From contig JBDRZU010000001.1 of the NCBI GenBank assembly GCA_039804105.1, positions 736,001 to 800,000 of the forward strand: a DNA stretch of 64,000 nt, written 5' to 3'. A program made the translations under genes and the position numbers. Of the stretch, positions 36,969-47,913 are shown in pieces; within the stretch, counting starts at the first letter, position 1, and each line of letters begins with the position of its first letter. Source of the stretch: a candidate division WOR-3 bacterium (GTDB taxonomy: Bacteria > Hydrothermota > 32-111). Below the pieces are notes generated by a model, which did no database searches, was not told where the DNA came from, and saw only the letters and a program-made list of their open reading frames with translations.

Positions 36969-37283
36969 TCAAAATCCCAGCATATTAGGTAACTGGATTC
37001 CACCAGTTATCTTTGCCATCTCTTCCCTGTTTAAAATGTCAACCTTGTTCTTTGCTTCGTTGAATGCTGATTTCAAAAGGTCCGTTATTACAACAGGTTC
37101 CTCGTTTTTCAAAATTTCCTCTGAAACAGTTATATCAACAACTTCATATTTACCATTCATTTTAACATTGACCATTCCACCACCAACACTCGCTTCAACA
37201 ACAGTACTTTTAAGTTTTTCTTCCATCTCATCCATCATCTTTTGCATCTGTTGTGCCTGCTTCATAAGTTTTTTCATGTCCAT
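36969..37283 (-). CDS. ybaB: YbaB/EbfC nucleoid-associated protein
   Basis: MKQAQQMQ, GGGMV; located between dnaX and recR. Confidence 0.93.
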   Translation of the reverse strand: MDMKKLMKQAQQMQKMMDEMEEKLKSTVVEASVGGGMVNVKMNGKYEVVDITVSEEILKNEEPVVITDLLKSAFNEAKNKVDILNREEMAKITGGIQLPNMLGF

Positions 37284-37291
37284 TTTTCCTC

Positions 37292-38824
37292 CTAATAGAT
37301 TATCTCTCCATCAAACCTTTCGATTATCTTCAACACATTTTCATTCTTATCAAGTCCTGTACTCAAGATCTGATTATCCTTAGTTTCATTTTTTAAAAAA
37401 ATGATATCAAGTACTATCTTTTCGTTAAAATCTTTTATTAAACCTTTGATCTTTTGATCTTTTAAAACATATTCAAGGGATTCGGGAAAAGAAATTTTTA
37501 TATACTCTTTTTTTCTTTCAATAACATTCCCATTTTCAAGTGCTGTTCCAACAACAGGATCTTTTTTCTTACAGAATTCTATAAATTTTTCAAAAACTAA
37601 ATTCTCTTTCTCCTGTTCAACTTTTTCCACAGTGTTCGAATCAATGTTTTTTGGTGTTACTTCAACTTTTTTTTCGATTTTTGTCTCTGAAAACTTTTTT
37701 TCGTTGAGCAATTTTATTATCTCATCTATATCTCTCCCATCTATCATAAAAGGTATTCTCATCAATTGATTTTCAACAACAATTTTTCTATTGGAGGCAA
37801 ATTTTAATTTATTAGAAAGTTCGATCAACTCCCTTATTATCTGGTTCAAAGTTGTGTTTGAAAAATGTTTTGCTTGATCTTTTGCTTTTTCATACACTTC
37901 AGGGTGTAATGATGATATCTCATCGGTTGTTATATCATTTTTTAAAAGCACAAGATAATGAAAGTAAGTAGCAAACTCTGATACAAAAGTTTCTATATCA
38001 AAGCCCTTAAGCAAAAGTTCCTCAAAACTCTCCACAATACCTTTCAAATCCTTATCCAATATCTTTTGAACGAGTTTAACAAAAAAGTATGTATCGAGAC
38101 GCCCAAAAATCGAATTAACATCATCGTATGTTATCTTTTTATGAACAAGTGCTATCTGGTCAAGCATCGATAACGCATCTCTCATCCCACCATCAGCCAT
38201 TTGAGCGATCAGGTTGAGTCCTTCAACATCATAATCTATCTTTTGATCCTCACAAATTATCTTCAACTGCTTAACTATCTCAGATATTGGCAACCTTTTG
38301 AAATCAAATCTCTGGCACCTTGAAAGTATGGTCGGTATAACATTGAAAGGTTCTGTGGTACAGAATATAAATTTAACATGCTCTGGAGGTTCCTCTAATA
38401 TTTTCAGCAAGGCATTGAATGCCTCTTTTGTTAACATATGAACTTCATCGATAATAAAAATTTTGTTTTTTGCTGAAATTGCGACATATCCAGCTTTGTC
38501 TCTCAAATCTCTTATTTCATCTATCCCTCTATTAGATGCACCATCTATTTCAACAACATCAACATCCCTTCCATTGATTATATCTTTACATGATTTACAT
38601 TTTAAACATGGTTCACCGTTTTCAATATTCTCACAGTTCAAAGCCATCGCAAGAATCCTTGCTGTTGTAGTTTTACCAACCCCCCTTGGTCCTGAAAAAA
38701 GTAAAGCATGAGGTATCCTGTTGTTTTTCACAGCATTCTTCAAAACTTTTACTATATGATCCTGTCCTATAACATCCTCAAACCTCTGAGGTCGATATTT
38801 TCTTGCAAAAACTATATACGTCAT
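37292..38824 (-). CDS. dnaX: DNA polymerase III subunit gamma/tau
   Basis: ARKYRP, GPRGVGKTT, EIDGASN, IIDEVHML, SRC. Confidence 0.96.
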   Translation of the reverse strand: MTYIVFARKYRPQRFEDVIGQDHIVKVLKNAVKNNRIPHALLFSGPRGVGKTTTARILAMALNCENIENGEPCLKCKSCKDIINGRDVDVVEIDGASNRGIDEIRDLRDKAGYVAISAKNKIFIIDEVHMLTKEAFNALLKILEEPPEHVKFIFCTTEPFNVIPTILSRCQRFDFKRLPISEIVKQLKIICEDQKIDYDVEGLNLIAQMADGGMRDALSMLDQIALVHKKITYDDVNSIFGRLDTYFFVKLVQKILDKDLKGIVESFEELLLKGFDIETFVSEFATYFHYLVLLKNDITTDEISSLHPEVYEKAKDQAKHFSNTTLNQIIRELIELSNKLKFASNRKIVVENQLMRIPFMIDGRDIDEIIKLLNEKKFSETKIEKKVEVTPKNIDSNTVEKVEQEKENLVFEKFIEFCKKKDPVVGTALENGNVIERKKEYIKISFPESLEYVLKDQKIKGLIKDFNEKIVLDIIFLKNETKDNQILSTGLDKNENVLKIIERFDGEIIY

Positions 38825-38844
38825 ATTTTTTCCTTTGTTGATAT

Positions 38845-38917
38845 GGCGGCGGAGATAGAGGCCTTTTACTGCTGCTTCTTTTCAGACCTGACAGGGTTCA
38901 AGACATATCTCCCCGCG
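38845..38917 (-). ncRNA. ffs: Signal recognition particle RNA (small 4.5S type)
   Basis: GAACCCTGTCAGGTCTGAAAAGAAGCAGCA helix-8 motif in a long stem, immediately upstream of dnaX. Confidence 0.88.
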
Positions 38918-38959
38918 TGTTTTTATAATACCATTTATAAAACTATTTTCAAGAAGGAA

Positions 38960-39958
38960 TCAATTCCTGTTTTTCCGCTGTGCTTTTATATGTTCATTGT
39001 AAGTTTTTGTAAAAGTATGTGTCCCATCTCCATTAGATACATAAAAAAGAAAATCATGCTTTGTTGGATTTAAAGCCGCATCAACAGACACACTTCCTGG
39101 TGAACATATCGGTGTTGGTGGAAGTCCTGCGTTCTTGTAAGTATTGTATGGAGAGTTTACCTCAAGATCCCTATATAAGAGTTTCCCACCATCTTTCCCA
39201 AGAGCATAAAAGACGGTTGCACAACATTGTAAATTCATATCTTTTTTCAATCTGTTGTAGTAAACTCCCGATATTAGATATTTTTCCTGATCAACTTTTG
39301 CTTCCTTCTCTATTATGGATGCAAGTATTATGTACTCATACCTTGTAAATGAAAACTCATTCGTTTTGAACAAGGATTCTGGATATTTTTCTTCAAAAAG
39401 TTCCAACATTTTCAAAACCATATCTCTTGCTCCCATATCATCAGTAAAATAGTATGTTTCTGGTAGAAGAAAACCCTCACAATTTTTTCCTTTTATATTA
39501 TACTTTTTTAAAATTTCTTTCGAAAAACATGTTGAAAAAAATTCTGTTGAATCTATTTTAAACTCTTCTTTCAGACGTTTGTATATCTGCTTTAAAGTGA
39601 AACCCTCAGGTATAACAACTTTTTTCTGTAAAACTTTTCCCTTATAAATTTTATAAAAAGCATCATATTCGTTTTGGTTTTTTTCAAGGAGGTAAATCCC
39701 CGCCTTCATCTTCTTGTCAGCATTATAGACCTTTACAAAAAACTTAAAAAGATTTGGATTATTTATTATTGAACTATCAACAAGAACTTTTTCTATATCT
39801 TTTAAACTCATTCCATTTTTTATTTCAACTCTGATATACTCTTTAGGTTTGTTTTCCCTTTCAGTTGAAAAACTTTGATAGTTGAGTTTAATAAAAACGA
39901 TTGAAATCATTAATAAAAGTAAAAAACCAAAATATTTATTTTTCTCTTTCAAAATCAA
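38960..39958 (-). CDS. mltG: Endolytic transglycosylase MltG
   Basis: IPEGF, EGFLLPETY, LASIIEKE, SPYNTY, GLPPTPI. Confidence 0.95.
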   Translation of the reverse strand: MILKEKNKYFGFLLLLMISIVFIKLNYQSFSTERENKPKEYIRVEIKNGMSLKDIEKVLVDSSIINNPNLFKFFVKVYNADKKMKAGIYLLEKNQNEYDAFYKIYKGKVLQKKVVIPEGFTLKQIYKRLKEEFKIDSTEFFSTCFSKEILKKYNIKGKNCEGFLLPETYYFTDDMGARDMVLKMLELFEEKYPESLFKTNEFSFTRYEYIILASIIEKEAKVDQEKYLISGVYYNRLKKDMNLQCCATVFYALGKDGGKLLYRDLEVNSPYNTYKNAGLPPTPICSPGSVSVDAALNPTKHDFLFYVSNGDGTHTFTKTYNEHIKAQRKNRN

Positions 39959-40334
39959 GATACTCCTTCATAATTATCATCGCTGATACAGAATCGATCA
40001 TCTTTTCTTTTTTATCTTTTAAACCACTTTCTTTGATTAACCTCTCTGATTCCTTTGTTGTCAAACGCTCGTTAAAAAATATTTTTTCAATTCCGTCAAG
40101 ATCCATGCCATTCAATAAATTTTTTATCCATAAAGACATTTCATTATCATTACCATCCTTATCAAGTGGAACACCTACTATTATTTTTTCTACATTATAC
40201 TCCTTTAAATATTTTTTCAAAATTTTTTCAAGTTCATCTGTCCTTACAGGTTTCTGTGGTAAAACTATCCCATCGATTGAAAGACATAGACCTGTTCTTT
40301 TTTTTCCAACATCAACAGACAAAAGGTTTGACAT
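39936..40334 (-). CDS. ruvX: Holliday junction resolvase-like / pre-16S rRNA nuclease RuvX (YqgF)
   Basis: VDVGKKRTG, IVGVP, NERLTT, IDSVSA. Confidence 0.9.
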   Translation of the reverse strand: MSNLLSVDVGKKRTGLCLSIDGIVLPQKPVRTDELEKILKKYLKEYNVEKIIVGVPLDKDGNDNEMSLWIKNLLNGMDLDGIEKIFFNERLTTKESERLIKESGLKDKKEKMIDSVSAMIIMKEYLDFEREK

Positions 40335-41358
40335 ATTCTTCTATAATTCCATTTATCAACCTTAGAATTTCAAATTTTGAAAACATTTTTGCTCTTCTGT
40401 ACCCTAAAACAGAAAATTCATAAAGTTTTTCTCTTTTTTCAAAAAGTTCGTTCAGAGCATTCAGTGGATCGTTTGAATTAAAATTAACGATTACCGCACT
40501 ACCACTAAAATTTTTTTCTATATCAAAACTTCCTGTTGTCAAAACAACACATTTGGAAGCCATCGCTTCAAGTATTGCTCTTCCCTGTTGCTCTTTCCAG
40601 GATGTTGTATCTTGCGAAAGATTGATAAAAATATCAACATCTTTATAAAAGTTGGGCATATTCTTATGCTCAACAAATCCTAAAAATTGGTAATCGATTT
40701 TTGAACTTTTCAAAAAATCAAGAAGCAGTTTTTCTTCTTTTCCTTTACCAGATATCTTTATTTTATAATCCTGCTTGAGATTCTTCAAAATCTCAATTAG
40801 AAGTTTAACCCCTTTATTCTCTTCTAATCTCCCTGCAAAACCAAGAGTCAATCTCTCTTTTGAAAAATTTTTATCTTCACTCAAAAAAAATTCATCAGGG
40901 ATATGCAATGGAACAATCTTTGTTTCTTTTTTAAAAATCTCTTCAAGAACCTGTTTTGAACCTTCACCGACTCCAACAAAAAGATCAACTCTATTTTTAA
41001 CAAAATTGTAGAGAGTATCTCTGAAAACATCCTTTTTTAAGATGTTTTGAGCACCTCTCAAAATCGATCTTTTATATTTTAAATTTTTCAGAATGAAGTA
41101 TGTTTGTGGAAGATATGGTTCTTCATCTATCCATAAAAGATCATAGAATTCTTTATCGTTTATGATTGGAATATAACCATTTTTTGTAAAAGGAAACTTT
41201 ATCTTTTTGAAACCATTTTCATCAAAATACTTTTCCCCAAATTCCCCTGTCCATAATTTAGGATATATTATTCTAACATCATATTCTTCCATAAGCATCT
41301 GAAAAATTTCTCTGTTCTGAGGATTAACATGCATGTGTCCAATAACCAAAATCTTCAT
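40312..41358 (-). CDS. Glycosyltransferase family 4
   Basis: FAGRLEENKG, WKEQQGRAILEAMAS. Confidence 0.85.
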   Translation of the reverse strand: MKILVIGHMHVNPQNREIFQMLMEEYDVRIIYPKLWTGEFGEKYFDENGFKKIKFPFTKNGYIPIINDKEFYDLLWIDEEPYLPQTYFILKNLKYKRSILRGAQNILKKDVFRDTLYNFVKNRVDLFVGVGEGSKQVLEEIFKKETKIVPLHIPDEFFLSEDKNFSKERLTLGFAGRLEENKGVKLLIEILKNLKQDYKIKISGKGKEEKLLLDFLKSSKIDYQFLGFVEHKNMPNFYKDVDIFINLSQDTTSWKEQQGRAILEAMASKCVVLTTGSFDIEKNFSGSAVIVNFNSNDPLNALNELFEKREKLYEFSVLGYRRAKMFSKFEILRLINGIIEEYVKPFVC

Positions 41359-41361
41359 AGA

Positions 41362-42081
41362 TTACCTCAAAATTTTCACATCTCCCGCAAGAAAACTTTT
41401 TTTTCCTGAAGATGTTTCTAAAACTATGGAACCATCATCTTCAAATTCTAACACTCTACCCTCAAACACTTGCTCAGAAGATGTTATTCTTACACTTTTA
41501 CCGATCATACCACTTTCATTCAAAAAATTTGAAATCTTATGGTAATCTTTTACTTGAAATATATTCATCAAAACTGAAAAGAGAACATCTTCAAGTTTCA
41601 TTTTTTTCCCAGTTTGTAGATAAATTGAAGTTGCAATATTCTCAACACTTTCCGGGAAATAATCGTTGTTAACATTTATGCCAATTCCTGCAATGATAAA
41701 ATTATCAAAATACTCAAGTAGTATCCCTGATATTTTTTTATCCTTCACCAAAAGATCGTTAGGCCATCTATATGTTAAATCTTCTATCTCACTTTTAAGA
41801 TGGTTGTAAACTCCCATACAACATACGATTGAAAAAAATTGAGGAGAATATGTTAACCTTTTTGAATCATACGAAAAAGTGAAATAGAGTCCACCTTCAT
41901 CTGATTCCCATTTTCTATTGAATCTTCCATAACCTTTTGTCTGTGTTTTTGCAACGATCAAAAAATTTTTTTTACCCGATTTTAAAAGTTCTATACCCTT
42001 TAGATTTGTTGAATCCATAATATCAAAAAATATATAATCTTCGAAATCAAATGTTTTTTTTATTTTCAAAAAATCAAACAT
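41362..42081 (-). CDS. birA: Biotin-[acetyl-CoA-carboxylase] ligase (no HTH domain)
   Basis: DSTN, QTKGYGR, WPNDL, KISGIL, GIGINVN. Confidence 0.92.
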   Translation of the reverse strand: MFDFLKIKKTFDFEDYIFFDIMDSTNLKGIELLKSGKKNFLIVAKTQTKGYGRFNRKWESDEGGLYFTFSYDSKRLTYSPQFFSIVCCMGVYNHLKSEIEDLTYRWPNDLLVKDKKISGILLEYFDNFIIAGIGINVNNDYFPESVENIATSIYLQTGKKMKLEDVLFSVLMNIFQVKDYHKISNFLNESGMIGKSVRITSSEQVFEGRVLEFEDDGSIVLETSSGKKSFLAGDVKILR

Positions 42082-42922
42082 TTTCCACCTTCATACTTAT
42101 ATCGAGAGCTTTTGCTGAGTGTGTTATTTTGCCAATAGAGATAAAATCAGGATATTTCTGGGCATAACTTTCCACATTTTTTTCATCTATGTTTCCTGAC
42201 ACTTCAACTTCACATCTTTTATTGATTATTTTTATAGATTTTTCAATATCTTCGGGTGACATATTGTCAAGAAGAATTCTATCAACTGGGTAATTTAAAA
42301 CCTTTTCAATCTCTTCAACATCTCTTACCTCAACTATGATCTTTTTGTCTGGATATTTATTTTTCATCCTTTGAGTTACGGTGAAATCATCTTTCATAAA
42401 AGTAATGTGATTGTCCTTTATCATTATTTGATCATAAAGATCAAATCTATGGTTAACACCACCACCACATAAAACAGCATACTTTTCAAGGGGTCTTAAA
42501 CCGGGAACAGTTTTTCTCGTATCAAGTATTTTCACATTATATTTTTCAACAAGTTTTACAAATTTGTTAGTGTATGTTGCAACACCTGAAAGATGTTGCA
42601 CAAAATTGAGTATAGTTCTTTCAGAAGAGAGTATCCCTCTCAACTTCCCTTTAATTTTTGCAAGTTTTTCCCCCTTTTTGATAAGATTTCCATCCTCTGA
42701 AAAATATTCAACAACATAGACGCCAAAATTTTGAAGAACAACTTCTGCAATCTGTATACCTGAAAGAATACCCGTTTCTTTTGCAATTATGTTTGCAACA
42801 CCTTCGCTTTCTTCAGGTATGCACATCTGTGTTGTTATATCTGTAAATGCCTTATCCTCTTTTATCGCTTCCATGACAATGGATTCGATATTCGCTCTAT
42901 CGACAATTTTAAAAATGTTCAC
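42074..42922 (-). CDS. nadC: Nicotinate-nucleotide pyrophosphorylase (carboxylating)
   Basis: ERTILN, DTRKT, NHRFDL, IKDNH, ILLDNM; GTG start inferred. Confidence 0.94.
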   Translation of the reverse strand: MNIFKIVDRANIESIVMEAIKEDKAFTDITTQMCIPEESEGVANIIAKETGILSGIQIAEVVLQNFGVYVVEYFSEDGNLIKKGEKLAKIKGKLRGILSSERTILNFVQHLSGVATYTNKFVKLVEKYNVKILDTRKTVPGLRPLEKYAVLCGGGVNHRFDLYDQIMIKDNHITFMKDDFTVTQRMKNKYPDKKIIVEVRDVEEIEKVLNYPVDRILLDNMSPEDIEKSIKIINKRCEVEVSGNIDEKNVESYAQKYPDFISIGKITHSAKALDISMKVENV

Positions 42923-43601
42923 AGAACACCCCCTTTTCATCAATCGTAAAATAACTTCCCTTGCTTCTAAAATCTGCCAGAGAATAAATTTTACGATCAT
43001 CTGAAACAAAATCTATATGGTAATGTGCAATAACGATTTTCTGAAAATCTTCACCAAAATTTTCTCTTACACTTTTTTCGATCGATTTGACTTTTTTTTC
43101 TTTCTCTTGAATCCTCATATCGCAAAGATCTGAAACAAAGATACCTATACTGTATCCCAAACTCTCAGGCAGGAGAGAAAACATGAACCTATTTAAATTG
43201 TTCTTTAAAAAAGAATATATAAATTTTTTTAAAATTGTATCATTTTTGAAAATATGACCATGAGTTAAAAAGATTTTTTGGTTACCAAGTTCAAAACATA
43301 TCTGATCAACAACATCTTTACAACCTGTATATCTTTTTAACATTTCTCCTATAAATAAGTCATGGTTTCCTCTTACAATATATACATTATATTTTTTTGA
43401 AATTTCCTTCAAAAAATTTAGAAAATCCAAATTTTCTTTTTTATAAAATTTATTTTTGAACTCAAAAAAAAAATCAAATGTATCTCCTAGAAATATAACA
43501 TCTTTGAAATCATCTCTTTTCAAAACTTCTTTTATCCTATTAAAAAGATGATCATCACCTTTTCTATAATGAAGATCAGCAAACACAACTTTTTTTGTCA
43601 T
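42909..43601 (-). CDS. LpxH-like metallophosphoesterase (UDP-2,3-diacylglucosamine hydrolase family)
   Basis: ADLH, LGDTFD, GNHD, THG motifs. Confidence 0.75.
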   Translation of the reverse strand: MTKKVVFADLHYRKGDDHLFNRIKEVLKRDDFKDVIFLGDTFDFFFEFKNKFYKKENLDFLNFLKEISKKYNVYIVRGNHDLFIGEMLKRYTGCKDVVDQICFELGNQKIFLTHGHIFKNDTILKKFIYSFLKNNLNRFMFSLLPESLGYSIGIFVSDLCDMRIQEKEKKVKSIEKSVRENFGEDFQKIVIAHYHIDFVSDDRKIYSLADFRSKGSYFTIDEKGVFCEHF

Positions 43602-44484
43602 AACTTTCAAATATCCATTTTAAACTCTCTTCAATAGTATATTTATTCTTATAACCCGTTAAACTTTTGAAAAGATCACAGTTCCCAAAAAATTCTTCAG
43701 GTTCATTTTTCCTTAAAAGAGATTCATCAATCTGAAAATGAATTTTTTTTCCAGATATTTTTACAAGGTATTCTGCAATATCTTTTAAAAGAAAACTTTT
43801 ACCTGAACAGATATTATAAACACCTTTTTCAAGATCCATCGCGAGAGAGTAAGCGTAAACCATATCCCTTACATCGGTAAAATCTCTTTTTAAATTGAGA
43901 TTTCCGATTTTAACGATTCCACTATCTGATTCAATTATCTTTTTTATTAAAGAAGGAATAAAAAAATTCTCATTCTGTCCAACACCTATATGGTTGAACG
44001 CCCTTATGATAACATAATTCAATCCAAATTTCTCATAACTTTTTATAATCTCTTCACAAATCTTCTTTGAAATCGAATATGGGTTCTGCGGATTCAACGG
44101 ATGTTTTTCATCTATCGGTAAATATACAGGTTTTCCGTAGACATCTGAAGTTGAAATGAATAAAAACTTTGTTTTTCTCTGATTCAACCTTAAAGATTCT
44201 ATTATGTTCAAAGTTGAATTTGTATTTACAAAATATGTAAGATAAGGATCATTTAAAGAAACTTTTGTTGATGACTGGCCAGCAAGATGAAAAATATAAT
44301 CATATTCATTTTTTTCGAAAAAATCGAACACTCCCTTTTTATCAGTTAAATCGAGTTTATATGATGGATATTCTAAAAATTTATCAACAAAGTATGTCCC
44401 TTCAACAAGGTATTTGTCCCTCAATACCTTATAAAGATATGATGCAACAAACCCCTCGGCACCTGTTATCAAAACTTTTTTCAT
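43576..44484 (-). CDS. NAD-dependent sugar epimerase/dehydratase (GDP-mannose dehydratase/Rmd-like)
   Basis: LITGAEGFVA, HLAGQS, PYSISK, RAFNHIG, RDFTDVRD. Confidence 0.88.
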   Translation of the reverse strand: MKKVLITGAEGFVASYLYKVLRDKYLVEGTYFVDKFLEYPSYKLDLTDKKGVFDFFEKNEYDYIFHLAGQSSTKVSLNDPYLTYFVNTNSTLNIIESLRLNQRKTKFLFISTSDVYGKPVYLPIDEKHPLNPQNPYSISKKICEEIIKSYEKFGLNYVIIRAFNHIGVGQNENFFIPSLIKKIIESDSGIVKIGNLNLKRDFTDVRDMVYAYSLAMDLEKGVYNICSGKSFLLKDIAEYLVKISGKKIHFQIDESLLRKNEPEEFFGNCDLFKSLTGYKNKYTIEESLKWIFESYDKKSCVC

Positions 44485-45212
44485 AATCCCTCTTTCAGTC
44501 GATCTGCAAGTACTTTTGGCAATCTTTCTTCGTTTATCTTTTTCATAGCACTCTCTATATCATATTCGACCCGATGGAAATTGATTACCATATCATCTTT
44601 ATCAAAAACAACAAAAGACGCTCTGTTGTCTCCATCCCTTGGCTGTCCAACAGATCCAACATTGATAATGTATCTTGAATTGTCTTCAATTTTTATCGTT
44701 TCATTTTGAATTATTTTAACATCATCAAAATTTTTTTTGTAAACAACAGGTACATGTGTATGCCCTATAAAAAGTATTTTAAACTTATCATAAAAAAACT
44801 CATCTTCCGCCTCATATATTGAAGTTATATAGTTCCAATAAGAAGGATTCTGTAAATTCGAATGAGAGAATTTAAAATCCTGTATAGAAAAAGTGTATTC
44901 AAGTTTTTTTATTTTTTCAAAATGTTCTTTTTTGATAACCTTTCTCGTCCATAGAATAGCTTCCTTTGCAGAATAATTAAAAAATCGAATGTTCGTTTTT
45001 CCGATAACACCACATTCATGGTTTCCCAACACAACTTTATCCGTGAGTGAAAATATCTTTTCTAAACATTCGTTTGGTTGTGCACCATAACCTATTATAT
45101 CTCCAAGACAGATAACTTCTGGAAAAGGTTGATAATTTTTTTCAACAAAATTTATGACCGATTCCAGAGCATCATAGTTTGAATGTATATCAGAAAAAAT
45201 TAAAAATTTCAT
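44481..45212 (-). CDS. Metallophosphoesterase family protein
   Basis: SDIHSN, LGDIIGYG, GNHE, GHTH, NVGSVGQPRDG. Confidence 0.9.
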   Translation of the reverse strand: MKFLIFSDIHSNYDALESVINFVEKNYQPFPEVICLGDIIGYGAQPNECLEKIFSLTDKVVLGNHECGVIGKTNIRFFNYSAKEAILWTRKVIKKEHFEKIKKLEYTFSIQDFKFSHSNLQNPSYWNYITSIYEAEDEFFYDKFKILFIGHTHVPVVYKKNFDDVKIIQNETIKIEDNSRYIINVGSVGQPRDGDNRASFVVFDKDDMVINFHRVEYDIESAMKKINEERLPKVLADRLKEGL

Positions 45213-45640
45213 CTAAATTCAGGTAAATATTTTTCTTTGTTTTTTAAAATTTTATCGAGTATACCGTTGACGAATCCACCGGAATCTGAGGTTGAATAAA
45301 GTTTTGCTATCTCTATCGCTTCATCTATCGCAACTATATCCGGCACATTATCCTGAAGGAATATTTCAACGAGGGCAATCCTCAGAATGTTTTTGTCTAT
45401 TACAGCCATTCTATGTATCGACCAATTTTTTGTAACACCATCGATTATCTCGTTAAGTTTATCAAAAAAGAGGGTCACTTTTTTTATTACATTTAAACTG
45501 TACTCTTTTACATCATCGGTCAGGTTATCCTCAAGCTTGAAAACTTCATCTATAATGTTATCCAGATTAGAGAAATCATTTATCTCATAGATGTATAAAA
45601 CCTTTAAAGCGAGAATTCTTGCTTTTCTTCTTTTGCCCAC
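45209..45640 (-). CDS. nusB: Transcription antitermination factor NusB
   Basis: RRKAR, IDKNILR, IDEAIEIAK, FVNGILD. Confidence 0.95.
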   Translation of the reverse strand: MGKRRKARILALKVLYIYEINDFSNLDNIIDEVFKLEDNLTDDVKEYSLNVIKKVTLFFDKLNEIIDGVTKNWSIHRMAVIDKNILRIALVEIFLQDNVPDIVAIDEAIEIAKLYSTSDSGGFVNGILDKILKNKEKYLPEFR

Positions 45641-45642
45641 AC

Positions 45643-46107
45643 TCAGATCCTTTTGTAAAGGTTTGCAAGTTCCAGAACAGTTTCTGCTGCATCGTATCCT
45701 TTGTTTCCAGATTTGGTTCCTGCTCTTTCGATTGCCTGATCTGTAGAATCTGCTGTAATTATACCAAAAGAGATAGGAATATCAACATCAAGATTCAGTT
45801 TTGCTATACCTTTTGAAACTTCTGCTGCAATATAATCAAAATGTGGAGTTTCACCTCTTATAACCGTTCCCAAACATATCACACCATTTAGATCTTTATT
45901 GTTTTTGATAACAATTTTAGTAACCTGAGGAATCTCAAAAGCACCGGGTGCAATGTAAATCTTTATATCCTTTTCCTCCACATTATGTCTTAAAAGACAA
46001 TCAACAGCACCATCGATCAAATTTTTTGAAATGAAATTGTTGAACCTTGAACACACTATTGCAAATCTCATTCCCTTTCCATCAAGTTTTCCTTCAAACT
46101 TTTCCAT
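45643..46107 (-). CDS. ribH: 6,7-dimethyl-8-ribityllumazine synthase
   Basis: SRFN, PGAFEIP, IRGETPHF, GNKG. Confidence 0.96.
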   Translation of the reverse strand: MEKFEGKLDGKGMRFAIVCSRFNNFISKNLIDGAVDCLLRHNVEEKDIKIYIAPGAFEIPQVTKIVIKNNKDLNGVICLGTVIRGETPHFDYIAAEVSKGIAKLNLDVDIPISFGIITADSTDQAIERAGTKSGNKGYDAAETVLELANLYKRI

Positions 46108-46115
46108 AAAACCTC

Positions 46116-47315
46116 CTATATGTTTTTTAACAGATGTCCAAGTTTTTTCTTTTTTGTTAAGAGATATTCAAAATTGTTCTCATTCGGCTGTATTTCAATT
46201 GGAACCCTTTCAACTATTTTGATTCCATAACCTTCAAGCCCAATTATCTTTTTTGGATTGTTTGTAAGTAACCTTATCGTTGTAAGACCAAGATCTTTTA
46301 AAATCTGTGCACCTATCCCATAATCTCTAAGATCAGCAGGAAATCCGAGTTTAATGTTCGCTTCAACAGTGTCATAGCCCTTTTCCTGCAGATGGTATGC
46401 TTTTATTTTATTCACAAGACCTATTCCTCTTCCTTCCTGTCTCAAATAGAGTAAAACACCTTCTTTCTCCTTTTCTATCATTTCAAGAGAACTTTCAAGT
46501 TGTTTCCCACAATCACATTTTTGTGAATGAAAGATATCTCCTGTAAAACATTCAGAGTGAACTCTCACAAGAACATTTTTTTTACCTTTAACATTTCCTT
46601 TTATCAAAGCAACATGTATATGGTTGTCAACATCGTTTGAATATAGTACTATTTTAAATTTACCAAAATCTGTTGGAAGTTTTGCTTCAACCTCTTTATG
46701 AACAAGTTTATCAATTTTACATCTGTATGAGATAAGATCTTTTATCGTTATAATCTTCATCTTAAACTTTTTTGCAATTTTCAAAAGTTTAGGTAACCTT
46801 GCCATCTTACCATCATCATCCATAATCTCACATAGAACACCTGCAGGTTTAAGTCCTGCCATCCTTGCAAGATCTGATACCGCTTCGGTGTGTCCTGCTC
46901 TTTTCAAAACACCACCCTTTTCAGCTTTGAGTGGAAAAACATGCCCTGGTTTTGCAAAATCTTCAGGTTTCGAATTATCATCTATTAGAAGTTTTATCGT
47001 GTGTGCTCTATCGTATGCAGATATTCCCGTATCTATACCCTCTTTAGCATCAACTGAAACTGTGAACTTCGTTCCATGTAATGCTGTATTATTCTCACAC
47101 ATAAGCCGCAGTCCCAACCTTGATAGCATCTCTTCAGTCATTGAAACACATATGAGTCCTCTTCCCTCCTTTGCCATAAAATTGATCTTCTCAGGTGTGA
47201 CAAGTTCTGCTGCCATTATAAAATCACCTTCATTCTCTCTATCCTCATCATCAACAACTATAACTATCTTACCATTTCTGATATCATCAATAGCATCTTC
47301 AATCCTACTAAACAT
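46116..47315 (-). CDS. ribBA: Bifunctional DHBP synthase / GTP cyclohydrolase II
   Basis: [35 protein letters not shown]. Confidence 0.96.
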   Translation of the reverse strand: MFSRIEDAIDDIRNGKIVIVVDDEDRENEGDFIMAAELVTPEKINFMAKEGRGLICVSMTEEMLSRLGLRLMCENNTALHGTKFTVSVDAKEGIDTGISAYDRAHTIKLLIDDNSKPEDFAKPGHVFPLKAEKGGVLKRAGHTEAVSDLARMAGLKPAGVLCEIMDDDGKMARLPKLLKIAKKFKMKIITIKDLISYRCKIDKLVHKEVEAKLPTDFGKFKIVLYSNDVDNHIHVALIKGNVKGKKNVLVRVHSECFTGDIFHSQKCDCGKQLESSLEMIEKEKEGVLLYLRQEGRGIGLVNKIKAYHLQEKGYDTVEANIKLGFPADLRDYGIGAQILKDLGLTTIRLLTNNPKKIIGLEGYGIKIVERVPIEIQPNENNFEYLLTKKKKLGHLLKNI

Positions 47316-47913
47316 TTTTTCTCTCCTTTAGAAATTTGTAAACATCCTTTGTTATCTGATTTATTTCAACATTAACTTTATCTCCAACCTTTAAATTTTT
47401 GAGATTGGTTATTTTGATCGTTTCAGGGATAATGTTTAAAACAAAAGAGTTTTCAAAAACATTTTTTATGGTTAAACTTATACCGTTAACACCTATCGAA
47501 TCGTTTTCAACAAGATATTTTCCATATTTTGAACCTATATCGATCTCAAATTCAATCTTGTTTTTGTTTGGTTTCGTTATCCTTCTCACATAACCTGTTG
47601 TATCAACATGGCCAAGGAGAATATGTCCACCAAGTTTATCATTCAATGTTAAAGATTTCTCAAGGTTGACTTCACTATTTTTTTTATAGAACCTGATGAT
47701 CGTTCGTTCAGCAGATTCAAATAAAGCATAGAATCTCAACAAATTCTTATCTATATGTTCAACAGTCAAGCAAACACCATCAACTGAGATCGAATCTCCA
47801 CAAAAAACATCCTTCAAAAAATCTTTTGAAACCTCAACAGTTAAAACATAGTCATCAGATTTTCTTTTCAAATCATAAATTTTTCCAGTTTCTTTTATGA
47901 TTCCTGTAAACAT
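47308..47913 (-). CDS. ribE: Riboflavin synthase
   Basis: [22 protein letters not shown]. Confidence 0.95.
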   Translation of the reverse strand: MFTGIIKETGKIYDLKRKSDDYVLTVEVSKDFLKDVFCGDSISVDGVCLTVEHIDKNLLRFYALFESAERTIIRFYKKNSEVNLEKSLTLNDKLGGHILLGHVDTTGYVRRITKPNKNKIEFEIDIGSKYGKYLVENDSIGVNGISLTIKNVFENSFVLNIIPETIKITNLKNLKVGDKVNVEINQITKDVYKFLKERKNV

